This document shows, piece by piece, positions 38,701 to 50,700 of a stretch of DNA of 64,000 bases. Position numbers and translations under genes: made by a program. The notes under the pieces were generated by a model, which saw only the letters and a list, made by a program, of their open reading frames with translations, was not told where the DNA came from and made no database searches. The stretch's first letter is position 1. Every line of letters begins with the position of its first letter. The stretch comes from Lingula anatina (taxonomy: Eukaryota > Animalia > Brachiopoda), in NCBI GenBank assembly GCA_051362555.1, contig CM120649.1, positions 9,114,001-9,178,000 on the forward strand, given 5' to 3'.

Positions 38701-41700
38701 CCTCGACCACGCCCTCTTCCACGTCCCACATAGAATTCAGCATTGAATGATTCTTCACTATCTGCCCTTGTGAATCCACGACCTAAAACAACATTTTACA
38801 ACTAGTAAAATTTTAATTTAGCTTTTCAACTAGAGGATCAGAGAGGCGATACCGCCTCCGAATATTGTACCACCAGCTGGAGCAAGCGCATTCGTATAGA
38901 CCCCCACATACACAAAATAAGGGGTGCAGCCACCAGTCTTGTGCTTGACAAGCTGTAAAAATGCAATCAACAAGAATTTTCAAAATATGGAAAAAATATA
39001 TATATAACTAAAAATGGTGCAATCAAAGTTAAGTTCATTGTAAGGTAGGTCAAAGGTCAATTTCAAGGTCACAGTAAATTGCCAGTATATGACTTCCTAT
39101 CCAACTTCAATAGTAACTATGGACCTATCTCTGCCAGTTTTGGAGATAAAAGGGAAGCAAAATTTGCAAAGTTCAGTTCATGGTGAAAAGTAGGTCAAAG
39201 GTCAATTTCAAGGTCACAGTAAGATTGCCAGTATATGACTTCCTATTCAACTTCAATAGTAACTATGGACCTATCTCTGCCAGTTTTGGAGATAAAAGGG
39301 AAGCAAAATTTGCAAAGTTCAGTTCATGGTGAAAAGTAGGTCAAAGGTCAATTTCAAGGTCACATTTAGATTGCCAGTATATGACTTCCTATTCAACTTC
39401 AATAGTAACTATGGACCTATCTCTGCCAGTTTTGGAGATAAAAGGGAAGCAAAATTTGCAAAGTTCAGTTCATGGTGAAAAGAAGGTCAAAGGTCAATTT
39501 CAAGGACACAGTAAAATTGCCAGTATATGACTTCCTATGCAAGTTCAATAGTAACTATGGACCTATCTCTGCCAGTTTTGGAGATAAAAGGGAAGCAAAT
39601 TTTGCAAAGTTCAGTTCAAGGTGAAAAGTAGGTCAAAGGTCAATTTCAAGGTCACAGTAAAATTGCCAGTATATGACTTCCTATTCAAGTTCAATAGTAA
39701 CTATGGACCTATCTCTGCCAGTTTTGGAGATAAAAGGGAAGCAAAATTTGCAAAGTTCAGTTCATGGTGATAAGTAGGTCAAAGGTCAATTTCAAGGTCA
39801 CAGTAAGATTGCCAGTATATGACTTCCTATTCAACTTCAATAGTAACTATGGACCTATCTCTGCCAGTTTTGGAGATAAAAGGGAAGCAAAATTTGCAAA
39901 GTTCAGTTCATGGTGAAAAGTAGGTCAAAGGTCAATTTCAAGGTCACATTTAGATTGCCAGTATATGACTTCCTATTCAACTTCAATAGTAACTATGGAC
40001 CTATCTCTGCCAGTTTTGGAGATAAAAGGGAAGCAAAATTTGCAAAGTTCAGTTCATGGTGAAAAGAAGGTCAAAGGTCAATTTCAAGGTCACAGTAAAA
40101 TTGCCAGTATATGACTTCCTATGCAAGTTCAATAGTAACTATGGACCTATCTCTGCCAGTTTTGGAGATAAAAGGGAAGCAAATTTTGCAAAGTTCAGTT
40201 CATGGTGAAAAGTAGGTCAAAGGTCAATTTCAAGGTCACATTTAGATTGCCAGTATATGACTTCCTATTCAACTTCAATAGTAACTATGGACCTATCTCT
40301 GCCAGTTTTGGAGATAAAAGGGAAGCAAAATTTGCAAAGTTCAGTTCATGGTGAAAAGTAGGTCAAAGGTCAATGTCAAGGTCACAGTAAGATTGCCAGT
40401 ATATGACTTCCTATTCAACTTCAATAGTAACTATGGACCTATCTCTGCCAGTTTTGGAGATATAAGGGACTAAATGTTATAATTTTGGAGTTACCATAAT
40501 GTGCCATAAATTTCCTACAGAAAAAATTAATTAAAATAAAGAAAAGGTCATTTTGGTCAAAGTTCTTGAAATGGGAGGTTCTCTGAAGTTGCAGAAGTTT
40601 AAATTTGATAAAATAATGTCATTTTTGACCACAAGTTGTCTGCTTTGCCAAGCATTATGTTTTATTTTTCCGGAGTTCAAAATTTATTATCCATTACCGT
40701 ACTGCACATTTTTACGGAAGCCGACTGGTGCCATATGTTGAAAAAAAAAATTATCTCGAAATTTCGAGATAGCATTTTTTTTGTTCAAATTTCAAAATAC
40801 TATCTCGAAATTTCGAGATAAATTTTTTTGCTCAAATATCAAAATGCTATCTCGAAATTTCGAGATAATTTTTTTTTTGTTCAAATTTCAAAATGCTATC
40901 TCGAAATTTCGAGATAAAAATTTTTTTTGTTCAAATTTCAAAATAGTATCTCGAAATTTCGAGATAATTTTTTTTTCTACATATGGCACCAGTCGGCTTC
41001 CGTACATTTTCCTTTCACCACCAATATGTACTTTCTGATACAGCGTAACTCGAAAACCGTATGGAATACAAAAAAACCGAGACCACCCCCAGTGTTGGGC
41101 TTTACATGCTCTACAAAATGCAAAAAAGAATGGGTCTCTAGCATTAACGGTTCCCGAATTAGAGACAGTTTTCAGTTTCGGTATCTTATGGCTGCTACTC
41201 CTGTGAAAATGCACCGATTGACCCCAAATTCACGGAGATGAAAGATGACCTGAAGGGTAACACTTTCCAATAATATTATTGGTTAAGTCTGTGTGGCGTC
41301 TGAATAACAGGGCAAAAAAATTTTTTTTCGTAAAAAATTTCATTTTTTTGAAAATTTTGACCCATTTGACCTTGAAGTAAAGGTCAAAGGTCAAATCCGA
41401 GGGTATATTTGAAATCTACACATATGACTTTTGGAAAGCCGTCTATAGAAATTTTTCCCGTAACTCCTTCTGTAGGGTAGATAATTAGCATTTAATTTTG
41501 CCATTTTTAGACAAGGGTGCATTGCAATGAGTGCCACACCCAGACCCCAATACCGACAAAGCCCAAATTTTACGTGGAACGAGTTGAGATTATAGGTGAC
41601 CTAAATCCATGAGATGGGTACGGGGGCCCTTACCGTCTAGGAGGAGAAGCGGTAACGGTAACATGGCGGCGGAGCCGGCGGAACGGACCGGACGGGACCG

Positions 41701-44700
41701 AAACCATGTGTACCGCCAGCGCTAACGCTGGTGGTAAATTTTTTTGTTCAAATTTCAAAATAGTATCTCGAAATTTCGAGATAATTTTTTTTCTACATAT
41801 GGCACCAGTGGGCTTCCGTACATTTTCCTTTCACCACCAATATGTACTTTTTGATACAGCGTAACTCGAAAACCGTATGGAATACAAAAAAACCGAGACC
41901 ACCTCCAGTGTTGGGCTTTACATGCTCTACAAAATGCAAAAAAGAATGGGTCTCTAGCATTAACGGTTCCCGAATTAGAGACAGTTTTCAGTTTCGGTAT
42001 CTTATGGCCGCTACTCCTGTGAAAATGCACCGATTGACCCCAAATTCACGGAGATGAAAGATGACCTGAAGGGTAACACTTTCCAATAATATTATTGGTT
42101 AAGTCTGTGTGGTGTCTGAATAACAGGGCAAAAAATTTTTTTTTCGTAAAAAATTTCATTTTTTTGAAAATTTTGGCCCATTTGACCTTGAAGTAAAGGT
42201 CAAAGGTCAAATCCGAGGGTATATTTGAAATCTACACATATGACTTTTGGAAAGCCGTCTGTAGAAATTTTTCCCGTAACTCCTTCCGTAGGGTAGATAA
42301 TTAGCATTTAATTTTGCCATTTTTGGACAAGGGTGCATTGCAATGAGTGCCACACCCAGACCCCAATACCGACAAAGCCCAAATTTTACGTGGAACGAGT
42401 TGAGATTATAGGTGACCTAAATCCATGAGATGGGTATGGGGGGCCTTACCGTCTAGGAGGAGAAGCGGTAACGGTAGCCGTCCGGCGGAGCCGGCGGAGC
42501 CGGCGGAACGATCCGGACGAGACCGAAACCATGTGTACCGCCAGCGCTAACGCTGGTGGTACAATTATACTTACTTCAAAATTGTATCATCATTAAGAAA
42601 AAAAACATAATGAAACTGAAAAGACCGTAATTCTATCTTTTATTTACCCCTTCCTCTGTTTCCTGCCTATGCCCTCATGCCCCCCCCTCTCCCCCTGTTT
42701 CCAGTTCTATCCTTACCTCTTCCTCTCCCTCTGTTTCCAGTTCTATCCTTACCTCTTCCTCTTCCTCTGTTTCCTGCCTGTTCCCCTCGCCCTCCTCTTC
42801 CTCTGTGGCTGCCAGGAACACTCCTCTTGGTCTCCTGGTAATATGGGTCATCCAGCTGTCTGCTACCTGCAGTTTGTCAATTTTGCTTAATATTATATCA
42901 TTTATATTATATTGAATTTTACATTGTATTTTCTAGTTCTAAATAAATCCCTTGAAATAGAAATTGAAAACAACATGACCTGGGAGTAAGAGAACAATTT
43001 CATGTTGTTTTTCAACTTCCACACAAAATACTTTTTTGATTCTGTGATATGGAGCTCTACCCAGGTTAGGACTGCTGTGCTACTAGTACAGAGGTAATGT
43101 AGGACAATGGTTTGGCAGAAAGCGTTTACAGGAATATAAATATTTTCAGTGAAGTACTACACTCTATCTACAGTCTAATCATCATTTCCATATATAACTT
43201 ATCATAGTGTTCTACAACAGGTCTATATACTGTCTGTTACCTTGGAGGCCACTGCTCTCACTATATCTGTTCATGTTCCCTTTGAAGTAGTATGGGTCAT
43301 CCAGCTCTCTGCTGCCTAACAATGATAAAAAACACCCAAACTTAGGGTGCCACCCAAATGATAATATTCTCTTATGTACATCAATCACACTCGAAAGGGA
43401 CTCTTGCTGAATGCAGTCAGATTAACATTAACAAGATGGTGATTGTACAAGTATATTGGAAACAAGGCCCTTAGCCTAAAACATAATCCTACCACTTCAC
43501 AATAATGTAGCAACTGTGACCAGCTTGACCCCTTACCTGACAGCACCTCACCCCTTCCTCTTCCCCTTGGGGCCCCTCTACTCCCTCTTGGGCTGCTTCC
43601 TCTGTTGGCCCCTCTGCTTCCTCCATAACTGCCCCCTCCGGAAGCCCCTCCACCTCTTGGTGCACCCCCACGGTTCCAAGGCCTCTCAAAACGCCCTCTC
43701 TTTGCCGCTAAAAATAAAAATGGACATAAATATACAGAGCAATTGAGACAAGAAGTAACCCTGAGATATACTGCTGACACAACGGTGGACGATAGGACAT
43801 TGATCATTAAAAATCTATATGGCAAAACTGAATTTTCAAATGTTGGCAAAGGGGAAATTTTAAAATACTTCATCACATGACCAACATGGCAGCTGTCTGT
43901 GCAGACACTGAAGAAAGAGGAGAAAACATCATTCTTTTTGACTCAGAATCTCCTAATTCTCTAACGTGCAGTTTTTTGTATCTTTCAACATACTGAAAAT
44001 AGTTCTGGGTTGAGAAAAGAACCTGTATGTATTCAGCTACAGACTTGGGTAAATGTTGGTAAAATTGTTTGGCAATGTGTTCTTTGATGTGATGCTCATG
44101 ACCACTTATTTTAAGTTCATGCCACTAAATCATGGTTTGAGTCATTGATTTTGTGTTGGTGTTTACAAATCTGATATTGAGCTTGCAACATGCAATTATC
44201 CTTAACTATTAGAACTTAATTTTTGACATTGATAAGGAGCAGGTTTGTCAAAAGGCAGATGGGCACAGATTTGCCCAGAAAGCAACCCTATCCCTCCCCA
44301 CAGCCTCCCCCCCTCCCTACAGCCACCTCCTCACACACCCTCTCCACAGCCCCCCCCCCCCCCCCTCCCTACAGCCACCTCCTCACACACCCTCTCCACA
44401 GCCTTCCAACTTCTATACTTAAGATTTTCTCTTCTGGTCACCCAACTCCAATACTTTGTACCCACCTGGTCCCTCCTGCACCTTGGTCTTACTGGCCACC
44501 TGATTAGGGTTGTAGAAGGGGTCTAGCTCCACCTTCAGCTTCACCTTCTGTTTGCCCTCTTGCTTCTCTATCTCTCGCGCATACTCCTCTACAATGGCAG
44601 ACTTCTCAGACTTCTTGATATCATGCTGTCGCATCAGCGCAAAGTAGTTCATGTAATGTTCTTTCTGTAAAAACAAGATGTTTATTGATGTCGGATATAT

Positions 44701-47700
44701 TTCTGTTATTGTTCCCAAATATGTACACTTCAGTTATTGTCAGATGTACAGGTGACAGCTTGTACGCAAAACATCTTCTATAATTAACAGAAAAAGCATT
44801 TTCTGCTTTAGTTCATAACAAATATCTAGTGTGTGGGAGTTTATTTGTGTGTGTATGTGTGTGTGTGCATGCACATGCAAAACCATCACACTTTTCACCT
44901 TGTTGAAATAAGATCAATCAGGTAGACATAGTCAGCCTATGTAATCCGTGTGCAAGTATCAACAAAGATTATCCCAGTAACTTGCTGACACTACAGACAA
45001 CAAAAATGGCATCCCCAGAGGTAACACGTACAAACACTGCTGGCAAGTCTTGCATGCTTGTTTTCTAAGTGTGTGTGTGTGTGTGCAAATAAAACTTACA
45101 ATATAAGCAGCCCTATGTTTAGCTCCAATGACGTGAGAGATCAGCGTTCTGGGGTCACACTTGGACTCGCACAGGTTACACACATACCGATGCTCCATGG
45201 ACTGATTCTCTTTCTGAAACTCAGTGATGTACTGTAAACCTGGAACAGCATAACATCAGTATTTACTCAGTCCTATATGAACTGCACCTGATAGTACCTG
45301 GGTTTGGAAAGATCTTAATATAAACCATACCGACCTCATATATTTTCCACTTATTCTACTTAAAAGAAGTTAGGGAACACTTAGAATAGCAGATATTAAT
45401 ATAATGTTTACTATAAGTTGGGAGGCAAAGCAATTTTACCCCAATTTTTACATATTTCACCCCACAAAATAATAATTATACATATTAATTACTTTTAATG
45501 AGAGCAAAATTATTTTTATTGCATGACAGTTAAAGTATCCAAATGTTATCCAATAGTTTTTTATTTTTTCTTAAAATTCCTAAAATTTCATAATAGTAGT
45601 CATGTTTTAAACTTCTCAAATGGCGGGGGTTGCCTATATACATATGTACTTCTTTTGAGCAGTGTAGCCCGACTTCTTTTGAGCAGTGTATTTAAACTCA
45701 ACATGTAACCAATCTAACTGCAAAGAATTACCATCAACATGCATCTGTTTTAAATACCACACATTAATAAAAATAAACATGTTGCTTAAAAAACAATAAT
45801 CTAAGACAAAACAGCTAGCCTATATTTCCACCAAAGCTGAACCACACGAAGCTGACATAAAACAGATATAAATTTAAATGTGGATGCTTTGGCACACACA
45901 GTTTTGCAGAATTGTGACCAAATTACATGATATAACAAGCAAGTATATTTCCTTGCTTCTTTATCCTAAATAACTGCACAGTGGAAACTGCCAGCAGAAC
46001 TCACCTATTGTAGGTTCAGTGATGGCATCCAATTTTGACTGAATCTGAGCCACAGCTACTTTGGTGCTACTCTTCTTTTTAGGAACCAGCTCTAGAAATG
46101 ATATAAAAAAATCTTATTTCTACAGAATTAAGACAATTAAAATACATACTACATTATATTATTTTAACTACTAATCTGTAACGGATTCTGTGCATGAGAA
46201 AAAATCATTTTCTCCCAGCCTAAGAACTAAGAACTGTGTAATACACAACATGTTTATATATACGTATCTGCAGCAATGCTTAATCACACATAACCTATGG
46301 TAACTATAATACATGTAATCATAGTGTTTATGCACAAAATGGCTTTAGCAGATTCCTTTATTTGTCTTAACTCCATAGTAAACTTAGTTTATATTCTGGC
46401 TGTGATTAAAAAATATATCTGATGATGGACAGTGATGTTAAGCAAAATAAATTTAATCCAAACTCAGAATGTCTGTGTAGAGCTAAAAAGATTAATGTAA
46501 AGAATAAAATTATAATCTGATCTTGACAAGCTTCATGGCAGGCAAAGATATGAGTATTTCCCCTGCTTTGCCATGCCGACATTCGGTCTACATGTCAATC
46601 TGACTTCCTGACTGAATCTCTCACATGACACTTTCCAATGTTTTTAAGGTTACTGAAATGTGCAGCTTGACTTTGCTGCTTCATGCAGTGATATGTTTAA
46701 TGAAGTAACAATTGTTGTGCTTTTCAGTTTTTACTCTCAGCCTGGATACTGTGTGGAGCAAAGAACCTCAGACACCTTGGCTAAAACCAACTGTCACATT
46801 CTGTTCATGCTGGTGCCACAGATTTCAGGCCTACCCAACCACCAGACTTGGCACTGAATGATCCTGAATTCACCAGTAGATCAAACCACACTACCCGTTT
46901 TCGAGGTGTGCGTCAGTATCAGATGCGACACCGCTCTTGCCTAGTACGCGATGTGATACTGATGATTCTGAGGGGGTTGAAAAGTAGTGCATCTCATCTC
47001 AAAATTTGTTCCGGGGTACTGTATGATACTGTATGTGAAATGTGTACTGACGCACACCTTGAAAAGGGGTACTGTGGTCCGATCTACCGGTGAATTCGGG
47101 ATCATTCGGTGCCAAGTCTGGTAGTTGGGTAGGCCTGGAGTTGCAGCCAACATATAAAACTGCTACAGTACAAAGAAAAGTTGTTTGAAAATGTGGATGT
47201 AAGGTTAATCTGTCCTTTACAGAGAGGGTTGCTCTTCCATTAGACCCATTTGCTCAGCTGTTCCATTTGAGCACCTATCAGAGGGGCCAGCTGTTACAGA
47301 AAATGACAAGATATGTTGCAGAATACCTTGACATCAATACAATATAGATTCACTGCATCAATTAATATTATAGTAAACCTTTAAATGGTTTAAAGATGAT
47401 ACCAGTATTACCTCTAAAAGTTTGCTTTCCATACAGTGAATCTTTACTGTGCTGACAATTACGTAATACGCAACAAATGATATGCTTCAGAGGACAACTC
47501 TGTTCACACAACAAAAGGAAAGTTAATCACATTACCCCAGGCAGAAATCATCTCTGGTATCTGCACAGTATAAAGCAATCAACTTCCATTCGACTATGTG
47601 ATGCATGAATTCATCTTCCACTGGTTAAAATTTTTTAGTCCCAGACAAAGGGATTAGATGTTTCAAGAAACATCATGACCCTAGTATATCATGCAATACT

Positions 47701-50700
47701 CTTTTGGAGTTGTCATCTCTCTGATTTCTGACCTCTTATGCTACTTTACTCACCACCATTACTGACTTTCTTCAGGTTCTGGAGAGAGAAAAGATCAGAA
47801 AATATTTTCATAACATACAATCTCAACAAAAATGTTTGTTTCTTGAAATTGTACCATAAAATCACTGACTAATAAACAGATTACTTTGTTTTGAAACTTT
47901 CCTTTGTTTAATGTATTGTATAGGAACATTGTTTTCAAATTAGTTTGTGATCATTGTCTTTTAAAAAAAGTAATCTATATCAGTCAGTGAAAAATAGGCT
48001 CCAAATCTGGAGTCTCCAGTACCTGGCCATTTTACATCACTTCTGTGAACTGAAAAAGGGGAAGTGTCTGAGTTTTAATAGCTTTATTAGAAATCAAGCC
48101 AGCCCCTAAATACCATTACTAGATCAAGACTATCTGCTTTCAAACGAAAAATATTTGTTTAGGAAGTGCTGTAAAGATAAAGCTTGGGAATGGTTTTTAC
48201 AAATGACTTCATTTTGATGGAGTCATGTTCAGACTTTTAGAGGCCAGTGTGGAGATATCCTGTGACATCAGGCCTCATAAACGGATTAGGCATTTCCTAG
48301 CATGAGCCTCAGATTCCCGAGCGCAAATGCCAATTTTAACGAGCCCCACCTCAGATTAACAAGCACAACGTTAAGTTAATGAGCACTAAATTGCTGCTGT
48401 ATTAATATGCGATATGGATAGTGGAATATACTAATGCAGAAGTGTGGTTTGTTTTGAGAATTTTTATATATTCTATGTTTATTTTGCTCAAGTTAAAATA
48501 CTGATACATGGAAACAGATATTTCTGAGTCGGTGAAAATAGCTGATGAATCATTTTTTACTTGCGTCCTAAAATCTGTTAGTAATGATCTAGCCACTTTA
48601 TTTGGCCGTGGCGTGGATGTTCAAAATCCTTTCTCTTTCGTCAAAGAGACAGAAAGGGGAGATAAAATTACTCGTTTGCGCCCAGAAATCTCTGAAAGTT
48701 CAACCATTATGTCTCTTGTATCTTCTGCCATCTTGAAAATAGTCCTAAGTTGATAAAAAGAACCCGTATGTAAGTAGCCAGGGGGGCCCCCGATGGAAGC
48801 TGGACAAATTGATAGTGCTTGGAAATGCTAAGTTTGTGCTCAGTAAGTTGTGCTTGTTAATCTGAGGTTGGGCTCATTAATATTGGCGTTTGCGCTAGGG
48901 AATCTGAGGCTCGTCTTCGGAAATGGCAATTAGCGTTTATGAGGCCTGGACATCATAAATACATGTGATGTCACAAAACAGATATGATATCATAACTGAA
49001 TGTGATGTCATATACCAAGCACATGATATCATAACTGCATGAGATGTCACACATGAAGAATATGACATCATGCCACAAAGATATGACATCATACATTAAA
49101 AGGCAACAAAATAACAGTACTTGCAATAATGTAGCTGCAATACCTTAGTATTTTCAGTCTTTTTCTTTCTAAATTTAAACACATTCTGGAAGTTATAGGT
49201 ACTAACTAGTGTTGACCTAGAAAACCCCCCTCCCCAAGGGGTTTTAGACAGGGTTCCCATACCTAGATCGATCTAACAGGATCAATCAATCTCCAAGGGG
49301 TTTCTGCTAAATTGCTTTCAGCTTATTAAAGTGGCTTTGATATCTGGCAGACCTACTGAAACTGCTAAATGATAATTAATTACCCCCTAGCAGCTTTAGT
49401 AGGTGTGACAGACATCTAGGCTGCTTAAGTTCAGTGCAATTTATAAGGTTTCCCTTGGAGATCGATCCACGGTTAGTATGATAGGGTCTGGGAATGGTCC
49501 CTTACCCTGTGAGTTGTAGATTTTTTGTGCAGATTTATTCAGTTACAGGAGTGCAGCATACGGAGAGATGCTCTCCCATGTTCTGCTGCTAAACTTCTGA
49601 GGATTTTGTTGAGGACTCAGGTGACAATTTCAGTTTTCTAATTATGCAAAATACTTCTTTACTTATTTGTTTCATGTTACAAATGTAAGTAAGGGACCAT
49701 TCAGAATGAGAAGAGCCGCGGACCTACATGAAAGGAAGACCACTTAATCCTGTTATGGTCTCTCTGCCTCTCACATGCCTCCCCACGCGTAGTGCCTGCA
49801 GGGGCACAGTAATTAAATCTTAGCTCAATTCAACCGGTCAAGGGACGATGCCTGGGGAATCGTGTGAGAGGGGGAGAGACCATTACATGATTAGGCAGTC
49901 TTCCTTTCATATAGCTCCACCATATTTAGGTCGTGGCCTAGCTAGCACTTGACTCTTCTCATTCTGAATGGGGCGTAACACATAGCTCCATTCAAAGATC
50001 TAGGGAGTGTTCCCATAAACCCATGGTACTAGCTGGATTGATCTAACTTTGTAAGGATTCTCACTAAATTGCATTCAGTGTAAGCAGCTTACATGTCTGG
50101 CATGCCTACTGAAGCTGCTGGGAGGTAATTAACGATAGTCAATTCCCCCCTAGTTACTCAAGGAGGCATGGCAGACAATTAAGCTAATTACACTGAAAGC
50201 ACTTTAGTGAGAAGCCCCGCAGATTTAGATAAAACCAGCTATTATGATGAGTTTATGGGAATGAAGTCCAAGATCATATTCTGAACTAGGTAGAGCAACT
50301 CCTACGGATCATTCCCAGAGATATTTGGATCGATCTATCTCCCTGGGAGGCCCCCTAAATGGCTATCAACTTAACCGTCTTAAATGTCTGTCATGCCTAG
50401 TAAAGCTGTTAGGGGGTAATTATCTTTACCCCCTAGCTGATTTGGTAGGCGTGACAGACATTTAAGCTTGTTAGTTGATAGCAATTTAGTCAGACTCCCC
50501 AGGGAGTTAGACTGTCCAGATGGATGGATCTAGGGATGGGAACCCAGTCCTAGATTTCAGTACAGGTTGTTGAGGATTACAGTGAATGAGGAGCCACACT
50601 CCCACATCCTGCTGCTGAACTGCTGACGACGTTCTTGAAGATTTTTATCACAGTTGGAAAGAGCACCTGCAGATAACTACATTTAAAGATAAGCTAGCTT

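Larger units (their letters stand above)
38828..42564 (-). mobile_element. Non-autonomous Helentron family 2 carrying a satellite array (intronic)
   Basis: On the minus strand the 5' end is tt-gtaccaccagcgttagcgctggcggtac (palindrome) followed by a ccgg/ccgcc microsatellite. The 3' end is subTIR gctggtggtac, hairpin gaggcggtatcgcctc, then ctagtt. Confidence 0.8.

Noticed and set aside
39047-41002. Regular repeats as a CRISPR array
   Set aside because: The units repeat in full without unique spacers, there are no cas genes, and the context is a eukaryotic intron.
43140-43190. C box (ATGATGA) and D box (CTGA) on the minus strand in the duplicated intron segment as a C/D snoRNA
   Set aside because: The boxes are only about 29 nt apart with no terminal stem, too short for a canonical snoRNA.
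48508-48753. 81-aa ORF METDISESVK... as a gene
   Set aside because: It lies wholly inside the 48269-48948 TIR element and shows no recognisable motif.
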